Below are positions 1 through 9,481 of a stretch of 64,000 bases of DNA, piece after piece. Both the position numbers and the translations under genes were made by a program. How positions within the stretch are numbered: position 1 is the first letter of the stretch; each line of letters starts with the position of its first letter. The stretch is from positions 32,656 through 96,655 of the forward strand of contig JAOPTT010000006.1 in the NCBI GenBank assembly GCA_051531975.1, in the 5' to 3' direction. The notes beneath the pieces were generated by a model. That model had not been told where the DNA came from. It searched no databases and worked only from the letters and a program-made list of their open reading frames with translations. Source of the stretch: Spirochaetaceae bacterium. Lineage in GTDB: Bacteria > Spirochaetota > Spirochaetia > DSM-2461.

Positions 1-819
1 TATCATATAGAATATATTAATAAATATAGTAGTATTTTTATTAATGGGAATTGTTCTGAATTATTAACTTCTTTAAGTAATATTATTGAAAATGCTACTA
101 GCTCCATGAAAAATGGTGGTGAAATAACAATAGAATTGGATTTAATAGAATTAGATAAAAAAGAATGCTTAAATTTTATAAATTCTGTCTCTCCTGGTAG
201 ATATTGTTCTATCTCAATTAGTGATAATGGCCATGGTATTTCTTTAGAAAAAATGCAAAATATTTTTAATCCATTTTTTAAAATAAACTCAAATAAAAAA
301 TTATCTGGATTAGGTTTATATACAGTAAATGGCTGTTTAAAAGATCATAATGGTGCTGTAAATATAAAAAGTATTTTAGATAAAGGAACTACTGTTACCT
401 TATACTTTCCAATAACTGATAATAGTGGAAACACCAAAATAGCCCCCCCTAACTATTTATGTAAAACAATCCTATTAGTAGATGATGAAAAAATTAATAG
501 AATTACGGGGAAAGATTTATTAGAACATATTGGATTTAAAGTTTTGTTAGCGTCTGATGGTGATGAGGCTGTAAAAATATATAGTAAAAAACATTTAAGT
601 ATTGATTTAGTTTTAATTGATATGGTAATGCCAAAAATGAATGGTTTTGATGCATTTAATGCCATGAAAAATATTGATCATAAATGCAAAGGTATAATTT
701 TATCAGGATATTTAGATTATGTAAAAATACAAGATTTAATCGATAGCGGTATCTTAGCCATTTTAAGTAAACCTTACAGTATTAATGAACTTGAGCAAGT
801 AATTAATGAAAATATATAA
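1..819 (+). CDS. Hybrid sensor histidine kinase/response regulator, 5'-truncated (HATPase_c + REC)
   Basis: Frame is open from base 1 (YHIEYINK...NIIENATSSM), so the gene starts upstream of the window. N-box NIIENA, G1 DNGHGI, G2 SGLGL; C-terminal receiver LLVDDE...DMVMPKM...KPY. Confidence 0.9.
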   Translation, partial: YHIEYINKYSSIFINGNCSELLTSLSNIIENATSSMKNGGEITIELDLIELDKKECLNFINSVSPGRYCSISISDNGHGISLEKMQNIFNPFFKINSNKKLSGLGLYTVNGCLKDHNGAVNIKSILDKGTTVTLYFPITDNSGNTKIAPPNYLCKTILLVDDEKINRITGKDLLEHIGFKVLLASDGDEAVKIYSKKHLSIDLVLIDMVMPKMNGFDAFNAMKNIDHKCKGIILSGYLDYVKIQDLIDSGILAILSKPYSINELEQVINENI

Positions 820-932
820 ATGAAAAAAATTGTTATATAAATTGGAAAGTTTATAGGATTAATGAAGGAATAATTAAGTGAGTTTAAGTTGGAATTACCC
901 CAATGGCATATTTTTAATAAAGGATAAACTTT

Positions 933-1517
933 ATGAATAAAAAGTTTTATAGAAAGTCAAATATTAAAACAATTTATTCTGGAGAATACTATGTTACTAA
1001 GAAAAATGAAATAATATCAACTGTACTTGGTTCATGTATCTCCGTATGTTTATACGATAAAGTTAATAATATTTGTGGTATAAATCATTTTATGTTGCCC
1101 AAAAATTCCATTATAAATTTTATTGAAAAACAATATGAATTTAAAAGTGAGTTTTTGAGCAGTAATTCATTACGTTATGGAATAAATTCTATGGAAATAC
1201 TAATAAATAAAATATTAGCTATGGGTGGCGAGAAAAAATACATAACAGCAAAAGTATTTGGTGGGGGAAATGTTATAATACATGATCAAAATAAAAAAAC
1301 TATAGGAGAACAAAATATAGACTTCATATTAGGCTTTTTAAAAGCTGAAAATATTGAAATCTTAAACAAGAATATTGGAGGTTGTATAGGTCGTAAACTT
1401 CTATATAATACTAAAAATAATTCTGTTTATATTAAAAAAATTCCTATCATGAATATAGAGAAAATAGAAGCAAACCCAATCAATATAGAGGCTGCAGGAA
1501 GTATTACAATATTTTAG
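933..1517 (+). CDS. cheD: Chemoreceptor glutamine deamidase CheD
   Basis: Motifs GEYYV, STVLGSCISVC (catalytic Cys), GINHFMLP (His), RYG, AKVFGGG, IGEQN. Confidence 0.93.
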   Translation: MNKKFYRKSNIKTIYSGEYYVTKKNEIISTVLGSCISVCLYDKVNNICGINHFMLPKNSIINFIEKQYEFKSEFLSSNSLRYGINSMEILINKILAMGGEKKYITAKVFGGGNVIIHDQNKKTIGEQNIDFILGFLKAENIEILNKNIGGCIGRKLLYNTKNNSVYIKKIPIMNIEKIEANPINIEAAGSITIF

Positions 1518-1540
1518 TGATCTCTAACGATAATATCTTT

Positions 1541-1596
1541 GCAATAATAGTTGCGTGAATATTCTAATATGTTGCTAATAAAGCAATAATTGTTGC
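1541..1596. promoter_or_regulatory. Phased near-palindromic sites, putative upstream activator sequences
   Basis: GCAATAATAGTTGC (1541-1554) and GCAATAATTGTTGC (1583-1596), with a degenerate middle copy ending GTTGC at 1575; 21-bp period. Confidence 0.55.
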
Positions 1597-1634
1597 ACTT
1601 CATCAATTATTTCACCTATTTATATAATCAGAAC

Positions 1635-1651
1635 TTGGCACTAAAAATGCA
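1635..1651 (+). promoter_or_regulatory. Putative sigma54 (-24/-12) promoter of the first cheY-MCP-like module
   Basis: TTGGCAC-TAAAA-ATGCA; GG at 1637-38 and GC at 1649-50, the exact -24/-12 spacing, about 50 bp upstream of the cheY start. Confidence 0.65.
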
Positions 1652-1702
1652 TTTAAATTTTAAATGTATCAAATATATTACAAAATAAAGAAGGTAGAAT
1701 AA

Positions 1703-2068
1703 ATGAAAACTATATTTGCAGTTGACGATTCCGTGACACTAAGAGCTTCTCTCAATTATACACTTACAAAAGCAGGATATGATGTAAAATTAGCCGAGGA
1801 TGGCGTAATAGCATTGGATAAGATATCTAATTATACAGATAAAATTGATTGTTTTCTGTTTGATATCAACATGCCAAATATGGATGGTATAACACTTATT
1901 AAAAAAGTTCGAGAAATTTCAAGGTTTAAATTTACACCAATTTTGTTTCTAACAACGGAAAGTCAGGAATCAAAGAAAATGGAAGGTAAGGCCGCTGGTG
2001 CTTCTGGTTGGATTATTAAGCCCTTTGATCCATTAACATTAATTTCAACGTTAAAAAAATTCGATTAA
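1703..2068 (+). CDS. cheY: CheY-like single-domain response regulator (copy 1)
   Basis: AVDDS, FDINMPNMDG, FLTTES, GASGWIIKPF; 121 aa. Confidence 0.92.
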   Translation: MKTIFAVDDSVTLRASLNYTLTKAGYDVKLAEDGVIALDKISNYTDKIDCFLFDINMPNMDGITLIKKVREISRFKFTPILFLTTESQESKKMEGKAAGASGWIIKPFDPLTLISTLKKFD

Positions 2069-2117
2069 GGTATTTTTAAATATATCGAAAGAATATTATG
2101 GGTGAGAAGGAATATAT

Positions 2118-3374
2118 ATGATCCAGAAAATAATGGTTTCACTAATTTTATTAATGAATATAATAACTGGGTTTTTATCAAGTTTAATGAAATTTAATTT
2201 ATTCTTAAATATTTTATTATCTTTGACTTTGTTAGTTATTTTATTTTTAAAAAAAGAGAAAATAAAAATAGTCGAGATTGAGAAAGAAATTAATGAGAAA
2301 ATTGTTGTTAAAAAAGAAGAAAGTGTAGAAAACAAAATTATAGACCCGTATGAAACAATTAGACCTAAAACCTGTCATAGTTGTTCCGAGCAAATCTATT
2401 TTATAAAACAGAGTCTGCCTATTATAAAAAAGCTTTCAGAGAATTCACAGAAATTTGAAGAAGAGACTATAGATAGTCTCTTTCGAGATTTTGAAAACAT
2501 ATGGACCGAGAGTGAAACTATAGTAAAACAATCAAAAGATTCTATGAAATCTATATTTGATCCCGGTATTGAAAATAATCTAGGTTATGTATTGAACGCT
2601 TCAAAAGAGATAAATAGTGATTTTTCAAGTTTTATACCAGTATTAAGCGAGATGAACAAGCTTGCAGATAGCTTTATTAAAACCTCTATTGATAGCTTTA
2701 ATACAATTACTAAAACTACAAAAGATATTGTTGAGTTATCGGAGCAGGTTAAAGTTATCTCTATAAATGTTCGAATTGAAGCTGCTAGAGTAAAAGATAG
2801 TGGTGGTTTTAAAGTATTAGGTAATGATATTTCAAATTTTGCTGAAAAAACTGCTAAAGTTGCGAACTCTACTAATCAACAGATAAAAGAAACTTTGTCT
2901 CAAATTAATATTCTCAAGCAGGATCTTTCATTTAAATTAAATAATGTTGAAAATATGGCTAAAAATATATATGTAAAAATATCACCCTTTGAGGACATTT
3001 TAGGATCATCATCTGGTGCGATAATGGGAATTATTAAAAACTTAAATAGTGTATCAAGCAGTCTTCAAAATAATTTAAATAAATCTATTACAAAACTACA
3101 ATACCAGGATATTACTAGTCAGGAATCTGATCATGTGTTGCAATTTTTAGAACATATAGGTGAGTATGGATTTTTTAATAGAGATTTGGGTTTATACCTA
3201 TCAGAAGAGAAAAAAAATGATATTAGAAAAAGTATTATAAATTATTTAGAAGGCATTAGCACCACAAATAATGAAGAAATTGAGATTTTAGCGTTTACTA
3301 ATTTATGGGGGCTTGATATCGATATAAAAAATAGATTAAATATCAAAGCTTCTGATGAGGTAACTCTTTTTTGA
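2118..3374 (+). CDS. Atypical methyl-accepting chemotaxis-like protein (copy 1)
   Basis: Two N-terminal hydrophobic segments; divergent MCP hairpin tip SINVRIEAARVKDSGGFKVLG; LQYQDITSQ motif; C-terminus DEVTLF. Confidence 0.8.
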   Translation: MIQKIMVSLILLMNIITGFLSSLMKFNLFLNILLSLTLLVILFLKKEKIKIVEIEKEINEKIVVKKEESVENKIIDPYETIRPKTCHSCSEQIYFIKQSLPIIKKLSENSQKFEEETIDSLFRDFENIWTESETIVKQSKDSMKSIFDPGIENNLGYVLNASKEINSDFSSFIPVLSEMNKLADSFIKTSIDSFNTITKTTKDIVELSEQVKVISINVRIEAARVKDSGGFKVLGNDISNFAEKTAKVANSTNQQIKETLSQINILKQDLSFKLNNVENMAKNIYVKISPFEDILGSSSGAIMGIIKNLNSVSSSLQNNLNKSITKLQYQDITSQESDHVLQFLEHIGEYGFFNRDLGLYLSEEKKNDIRKSIINYLEGISTTNNEEIEILAFTNLWGLDIDIKNRLNIKASDEVTLF

Positions 3375-3424
3375 ATTTGAATTAAATATATAATTCAAAA
3401 AAGTTTATAAAAGGACATAATAAT

Positions 3425-5338
3425 TTGAAAAAACCAGGAATACTTTTACATTTTTTACCATTTATAATACTAGTTAGTTTTCTAATAGGTGCATATACAG
3501 ACTTTTCAAGGAAAGTTTCAGATGAAAGACATGATATGATTCAGCAATTGGCATTAACCGAATCAAATATAAATAAAGTGACAAACTATAATATAAGTAA
3601 GATGATCGGTGTGGCTACTTATATAGGTCTTAACACTGATGTAGATATTGAGGAGTTAGATTATTTTGTTCAAAAAGTTTTACCATCAGAAAATAATATA
3701 ATTAGTAATATTGGAATATTTGAGGATACAAAAGCAATCTATTTATACCCTTATGAACCAAATAAAAGTATGATCAACATTAATTTAGCTGAACTTCCAG
3801 CCTTTAGAGATGATGCTTTTATAGTTAAAAATGATTTTGAAGTTGTTATAACACAGCCAGATGAAGTAATTCAAGGTGGTGTAGGCATTGTTACTAGGTT
3901 ACCTATCGTTCTACCTAATGGTTTATACTGGGGACAAATAGGTTATATGATGAAACTTGACGATATAGTTGAAAGTTTATTTCTTAATACTGATAAATAT
4001 ACTTATTTAATAACACAATATAATAATTATAATAGCCTTACACATATTGTTTATGATTCTGGGTTTGAAGATAACTTTTTAGTAGATGAGGTTGTTATCA
4101 ATCTACCATCAGGATTTTGGATTGTTAATATAGCATATAATAATCTGTTTGAGCTTATTTCTCCTGTATTTTATATTATGATATTTTCTTCAATTTTATT
4201 TTTTGGGTTATCAATATATATTATTTCTAAGTTTAAAAGAAGTGAAAGACAATTACATTCAATAATGGATAGTATTAGTGCCTTTATATTTGTAATGACT
4301 GATACAGGAGTTTTTTTATCAGTAAACAAATCTATGCTAAATAGTTTAGGGTTAAATGAAAAAGATATCATAGGCAAATCATACAAAAATGATTCTCTAA
4401 AAGATTTACCGGGTTTTAATTTTTTTGAGAACTTTAAATTTAAAAATATTAATGAAATATATAGTGCATATGATGTAAGTTATTTAGACCAATATAATGA
4501 AAAAAAGTGGGTTCATATAACACTACAACGAATCAAAATTAATACATTTGGTGAACCAGTCATTATCGGGACTTCAATAGATCTCACCAAAGAGAAGGAA
4601 TTACAAGAAACAGTTATTCATGAAAAAAAAATGGCAGCAGTTGGACGCATGGCTGGTGGAATTGCACATGATTTTAATAATAATTTATTACAAATACAAA
4701 GTGCTAAGGATCTTTTACTTATCAATAATGAATCTTTTAATAAAAAAAGTTTAGAATATATAGATATCATTCAATTAGCTAGTGATAAGTTATCTAATTT
4801 AACTTCCAAGTTATCATCTTATTCTAAGAAAGGTTCATGGATTAAATCACCAGTTGATTTCCACAAATTAATTGTTAATCTTATTAGTGAAAATAAAACT
4901 AAATTTTCTGGGAATGTTACCATTATTCAAGAATTAACTGCAATATTATATTCTGTTCTAGGGGATATTAAGGAGTTAGAAAAAGCAGTATATAATATTA
5001 TTTTAAACTCTATTGAGTCGTTTTCTAATAATGGTGAAATTAAAATTAACACAAAAAATATTATTATTGATACAAAAGTTAAAATAAATAATAACTTTAC
5101 TTTATCCCCTGGTAATCATTTAATTATTGAAATTGAAGATAATGGGTGCGGAATAAATGAAGAAATAGTTGATAATATTTTTGATCCATTTGTTACTACA
5201 AAAGAAATTGGTAAAGGTCTAGGATTATCTGCTGTTATGGGTATAATCTCAGATCATAATGGATCAATAGATATTAAAAGTCAGGTTGGTATTAAAACCA
5301 ATATTAAAATAACTCTACCGGTATTATTAAATGTTTAA
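3425..5338 (+). CDS. CHASE/PAS sensor histidine kinase
   Basis: TM, CHASE-like region (YLYP...IQGGVGIVTRLPI...YWG), TM, PAS, H-box GGIAHDFNN, DNGCGI, FDPFVTTKEIGKGLGL. Confidence 0.88.
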   Translation: MKKPGILLHFLPFIILVSFLIGAYTDFSRKVSDERHDMIQQLALTESNINKVTNYNISKMIGVATYIGLNTDVDIEELDYFVQKVLPSENNIISNIGIFEDTKAIYLYPYEPNKSMININLAELPAFRDDAFIVKNDFEVVITQPDEVIQGGVGIVTRLPIVLPNGLYWGQIGYMMKLDDIVESLFLNTDKYTYLITQYNNYNSLTHIVYDSGFEDNFLVDEVVINLPSGFWIVNIAYNNLFELISPVFYIMIFSSILFFGLSIYIISKFKRSERQLHSIMDSISAFIFVMTDTGVFLSVNKSMLNSLGLNEKDIIGKSYKNDSLKDLPGFNFFENFKFKNINEIYSAYDVSYLDQYNEKKWVHITLQRIKINTFGEPVIIGTSIDLTKEKELQETVIHEKKMAAVGRMAGGIAHDFNNNLLQIQSAKDLLLINNESFNKKSLEYIDIIQLASDKLSNLTSKLSSYSKKGSWIKSPVDFHKLIVNLISENKTKFSGNVTIIQELTAILYSVLGDIKELEKAVYNIILNSIESFSNNGEIKINTKNIIIDTKVKINNNFTLSPGNHLIIEIEDNGCGINEEIVDNIFDPFVTTKEIGKGLGLSAVMGIISDHNGSIDIKSQVGIKTNIKITLPVLLNV

Positions 5339-7568
5339 ATATATAACTCCAATAATATATTGGCTTTTGATTACATCATGGTCGATTATCTTTATTCTTT
5401 ATATAAAAAGAATAATAAAAAAAACAATAAGTGATAGATTAGTATTTATATTAGTAATTATATTGTCTCTAGATGCTTTTAGGTCATTATTTGAAAGTTC
5501 ATATTTTGGGATATGGTTTACTTCTTTATCTGGGATCATCAATATTAAATACTATAATTTATTATCTCAACCAGAACTAGTTTTTATACCAAAAATATTA
5601 AATTTGATTGTCGCAATATTAACAATTTTTATAATCATTAGAAAATGGATACCAGAGGAAACAAATCGAGTAAAAAACTTTGAACACAAAAATAATTTAA
5701 ATGATTTAATTTTATCAAAAATACCTGTTTCTGTTTTAATAACTGATAAAAATGGTGTAATTGAATATGTTAACAAACAATTTTGTAGTTTAACAGGTTA
5801 TGATGAGAAGGAAATTATTGGTAAAGATACTAATATTTTAAAAAGTGATTTAACTCCAAAATCAACTTATGAAGAAATGTGGTCAACAATTGAACATGGT
5901 AATGAATGGTTTGGATATTTCACAAATAAGAAAAAAAATGGAGAGATCTATTATGAGAGTGCAAGAATTAAACCATTAATTGATTCAGAAAATAATATAA
6001 CTAGTTATCTAGCTATTAAAGAAGATATTACAAAACAACACAATATTGAATTAGAAAAAAATATGTTAATTGAAGCAATAGAGCAATTATCAGCATCTGT
6101 TGAAATCCTTGATACAACTGGTAAAATTACATATGTGAATAATACATTTTTGTCTAATACTGGGTTTGATAGGGAATGTGTTTTAGGAACATATTCAAAA
6201 GAGTTCTTGGATGAAAATAAAGAGCAAAACAATATGTTAATAGACATATTATTATCGGGGGAATCATATAATCTAAGTAACATTGTTTCAAAAAATACTC
6301 GTGGTTTTATTGTAGAAGATGTAATAATTTCTCCAGTATTAAATAATTTAGGAAAAATTATTAACTTTACAACAATAAGGAAGAATGTTACAGACAATTT
6401 TAACATATCAAACGAAAAGAAAGAGTTAAGTGATCAAATTAATCAAATGCAAAGATTAGAGTCTCTTGGCCAATTAGTTGGTGGTGTAGCTCATGATTTT
6501 AATAATATATTAACAGGTATTACATCATCTGTTGAACTAATATTATTGAATCCCAATGAAATTAAGTCTAAACATCAAAAATATATAAATATAATCAAAA
6601 CATCAAGTATACGAGCTGTTGATCTAACTAAGCAATTACTAAAATTTAGTAAAAATAACGTAAATGAACTAAAACCTTTAAAATTAAAAATGGTATTAAA
6701 TGAAACTGTAAATCTATTGAAACAAACAATAGATAAGTCCATTTCAATCAATTTATATAATAATTTTAGTAATGACCATATCTTAGGTAATTATTCCACA
6801 CTACAGAGTGTTCTTCTTAATATTGGAATCAATGCAAGTCATGCAATTAGTGGTGAAGGAATAATTAAATACAATATTTCAAATATTTTTTTAAGTAATA
6901 AAATTATATTAAATAATAACTTGAATGTAAAACCTGGTGAATATTGCCTTATAGATATAACAGATACTGGGAGTGGAATATCAAAAGATAATATAGGAAA
7001 AATATTTGAACCTTTTTTCACAACTAAACCGGAAGATATTGGGACTGGTTTAGGTTTATCATCATCTCAAAGGATAATTCAAGACCACGATGGATGTATC
7101 ACTGTTAATTCAGAGATCGGACAAGGTGCACAATTTCATATATATTTACCTGTCATTAAGTCAAAAGAAAAATTAGTATCAATAATTAAGGATGATAATA
7201 TTATTGGTTCAGGTAATATCTTGTTTGTTGATGATGAAGACATTAATAGAGTCTTAGGTAAAGAATTACTTGAATCCATTGGATATACTGTAGCTATCGC
7301 ATCAAATGGTCTAGAAGCCTTAGAATTATATTCTAGTCATACAGAAACCTATGATTTGATTTTATTAGATATGATGATGCCTGGATTAAGTGGAGAAGAA
7401 GTTTTTCATAAGTTAAAAGAAATTAACCCGTCGTGTAACATTGTTATAATATCTGGATATATTCATGAAAAAAATATATCTAAATTAAAAGAAAAAGGAC
7501 TTAGTGGAGTTATTAAAAAACCTTATACAATAAATCAGCTGGGTTTATTAATAAAAGAAATTATATAA
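5331..7568 (+). CDS. Membrane-bound hybrid histidine kinase with two PAS domains and a receiver
   Basis: N-terminal TM block; PAS (ITDKNGVIEYVN, EWFGYFTNKKKNGEIY) x2; GGVAHDFNN; FEPFFTTK..GTGLGL; REC FVDDE...DMMMP. Confidence 0.92.
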   Translation: MFKYITPIIYWLLITSWSIIFILYIKRIIKKTISDRLVFILVIILSLDAFRSLFESSYFGIWFTSLSGIINIKYYNLLSQPELVFIPKILNLIVAILTIFIIIRKWIPEETNRVKNFEHKNNLNDLILSKIPVSVLITDKNGVIEYVNKQFCSLTGYDEKEIIGKDTNILKSDLTPKSTYEEMWSTIEHGNEWFGYFTNKKKNGEIYYESARIKPLIDSENNITSYLAIKEDITKQHNIELEKNMLIEAIEQLSASVEILDTTGKITYVNNTFLSNTGFDRECVLGTYSKEFLDENKEQNNMLIDILLSGESYNLSNIVSKNTRGFIVEDVIISPVLNNLGKIINFTTIRKNVTDNFNISNEKKELSDQINQMQRLESLGQLVGGVAHDFNNILTGITSSVELILLNPNEIKSKHQKYINIIKTSSIRAVDLTKQLLKFSKNNVNELKPLKLKMVLNETVNLLKQTIDKSISINLYNNFSNDHILGNYSTLQSVLLNIGINASHAISGEGIIKYNISNIFLSNKIILNNNLNVKPGEYCLIDITDTGSGISKDNIGKIFEPFFTTKPEDIGTGLGLSSSQRIIQDHDGCITVNSEIGQGAQFHIYLPVIKSKEKLVSIIKDDNIIGSGNILFVDDEDINRVLGKELLESIGYTVAIASNGLEALELYSSHTETYDLILLDMMMPGLSGEEVFHKLKEINPSCNIVIISGYIHEKNISKLKEKGLSGVIKKPYTINQLGLLIKEII

Positions 7569-7583
7569 TTAAAATATATAACA

Positions 7584-7611
7584 TGAAACATATTATAAGG
7601 GGCTGCATATA
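7584..7611 (+). promoter_or_regulatory. Possible ECF-type autoregulatory promoter
   Basis: TGAAAC-N16-CATATA upstream of the ECF sigma gene; one mismatch to the SigW-type TGAAAC-N16-CGTA consensus. Confidence 0.4.
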
Positions 7612-7666
7612 TTATTTTATAATAAAATGAATAAAATAATTCCTGGTTTGTATATATAGTAGGAGT

Positions 7667-8188
7667 ATGTACATGAATAGAAAAATTAAAGAGAAAGAAC
7701 TTTTTAATTTAATGGTTAAAACCCATTATTCAAGAGTTTTAAATACAGCTGTTTACTATCTTAAAAATAGAACAGAAGCTGAAGATATTACTCAAGATGT
7801 TTTTTTAAAGGCCTTCCAAAAATTAGATTTTTCTAAAACTGATAAGAATAGTTTTCCTATACTTTTTCTAATTACTAAAAACCTCTGTTTTAACAAATTA
7901 AAAAGTAAAGGTTGGAAAGAGAATACATTTTTTGAATATGAAATCCCTACTAATAATCTTAATCCCGAAGATGCCTTTTTTAAAAAAGAGAATATCTCTT
8001 TAATTAATAAAGCCATTCAAAATTTAAAAGAAAAGGATAGAGAGGTTCTCATTTTAAAACATTTCCAAGATTGTTCTTATTCAGAAATCAGTGAAATATT
8101 ACATATTCCTATTGGGACTGTTATGTCTAGATTATTTAATGCTCGAAAAAAATTAGAGCAGTTACTAAAAGGAGAATATGATGAATAA
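7667..8188 (+). CDS. ECF-family RNA polymerase sigma factor
   Basis: AEDITQDVFLKAF (region 2), SYSEISEILHIPIGTVMSRLFNARKKL (region 4); AGGAG RBS. Confidence 0.93.
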   Translation: MYMNRKIKEKELFNLMVKTHYSRVLNTAVYYLKNRTEAEDITQDVFLKAFQKLDFSKTDKNSFPILFLITKNLCFNKLKSKGWKENTFFEYEIPTNNLNPEDAFFKKENISLINKAIQNLKEKDREVLILKHFQDCSYSEISEILHIPIGTVMSRLFNARKKLEQLLKGEYDE

Positions 8189-8624
8189 TTGTGAAGAGTT
8201 TGAACTAAGTGTTCAAGCATTAGCCGATTCAGAATTAGTATTAATTGATACTGATAAACAGATGTTATTTGAGCATCTTTCGAATTGTAAAAGTTGTAGA
8301 GAATTGTATACATCTACAGTTAAATTGAATCAGAGTATAAAAATGAGTGGTGGAAGTACTCCATCGGATAAATGGTTAGATGAGTTAAATAAAAAAAAGA
8401 GTAGGACAATTTGGCAAAGAGCAGGTATTATTTTAATAATAATTCCATACATACTTATTCTTACTATAGGTATACAAGAACTTTTTGCTGATAATTCAGA
8501 AAGTTTCCTATTAAAGGTATGTATCGGGGGCATTTCATTTGGGTTTATAGTGTTATTAGTACGTACTATAATTGATAGAATAAAAGAATCTAAGAATGAT
8601 AAATATAGAGAGGTAATAAGATGA
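8178..8624 (+). CDS. Zinc-finger (zf-HC2/ZAS) membrane anti-sigma factor
   Basis: N-terminal C...HLSNCKSC (HxxxCxxC) followed by two TM helices; overlaps the sigma gene. Confidence 0.88.
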   Translation: MMNNCEEFELSVQALADSELVLIDTDKQMLFEHLSNCKSCRELYTSTVKLNQSIKMSGGSTPSDKWLDELNKKKSRTIWQRAGIILIIIPYILILTIGIQELFADNSESFLLKVCIGGISFGFIVLLVRTIIDRIKESKNDKYREVIR

Positions 8625-8935
8625 TAATAGTAACATCGGATAATATTGAAGGAAAAAAGATTACAGATGTAAAAGGTCTAGTTAAAGGAAATACAATAAG
8701 AGCAAGAAATATTGGTCGAGATATATTAGCTGGTTTAAAAAATATTATTGGTGGAGAAGTTACTGATTATACAAAGATGATGGCAGAATCTAGAGAACAG
8801 GCTCTTGATAGAATGGAAGAATCTGCTAAAGATCTTGGTGCTAATGCAATAGTAGCTGTTCGATTTGTAACGACAAGTGTTATGGATGGAGCTGCGGAAC
8901 TATTAGCATATGGTACAGCTGTAGTTATAGAATAA
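8621..8935 (+). CDS. ybjQ: YbjQ/UPF0145 family protein
   Basis: GRDILAGLKNIIGGE, SREQALDRM, LGANAIV, ELLAYGTAV. Confidence 0.9.
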   Translation: MIIVTSDNIEGKKITDVKGLVKGNTIRARNIGRDILAGLKNIIGGEVTDYTKMMAESREQALDRMEESAKDLGANAIVAVRFVTTSVMDGAAELLAYGTAVVIE

Positions 8936-8958
8936 ATAATTTATAATAAATCTTAGAG

Positions 8959-9429
8959 TTATTTTGATAATAATTTGGTTATATATTTCTCAATTTCTCT
9001 AGGTTTAACCATAGGAGCAAAACGTTTAACAGGAATTCCTTTTTTATCTATAATAAATTTAGTAAAATTCCATTTTATTTTTCTACCAAACATGCCCTTT
9101 AAATTCTCTTTCAAAAATGTAAAAACAATATTTTCGTGGGGACCATTTACATCAATTTTTTCTAATATTGGAAATGTTACTCCATAATTTAGAGAACAAA
9201 ATTCTGTAGCAGCTTTTTGATCCCCAGGTTCCTGATAAGCAAACTGATTACAAGGATAACCTAATATAACTAACCCTTGTTCTTTATATCTTTTGTAAAG
9301 TAATTCTAATTCCTTAAATTGAGGAGTATATCCACACTTACTTGCCGTATTAACAATAAGTATTACCTTACCGTGATATTCAATAAACGCTTCATCATTT
9401 AAATCATATATACTATTTAACATATTCAC
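8959..9429 (-). CDS. Glutathione peroxidase family (Cys-type) peroxidase
   Basis: GKVILIVNTASKCGYTPQ, GYPCNQF, IKWNFTKF. Confidence 0.93.
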   Translation of the reverse strand: MNMLNSIYDLNDEAFIEYHGKVILIVNTASKCGYTPQFKELELLYKRYKEQGLVILGYPCNQFAYQEPGDQKAATEFCSLNYGVTFPILEKIDVNGPHENIVFTFLKENLKGMFGRKIKWNFTKFIIDKKGIPVKRFAPMVKPREIEKYITKLLSK

Positions 9430-9481
9430 ATCCTTGTGTTTATAGTAATTTTTACCACGTAATTAATATAAAGTTAAGCTT

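Noticed and set aside
904..920. TGGCAT upstream of cheD as a sigma54 promoter
   Set aside because: No GC at the -12 position.
9325..9345. Selenocysteine in the glutathione peroxidase
   Set aside because: The active-site codon is TGT (Cys), not TGA.
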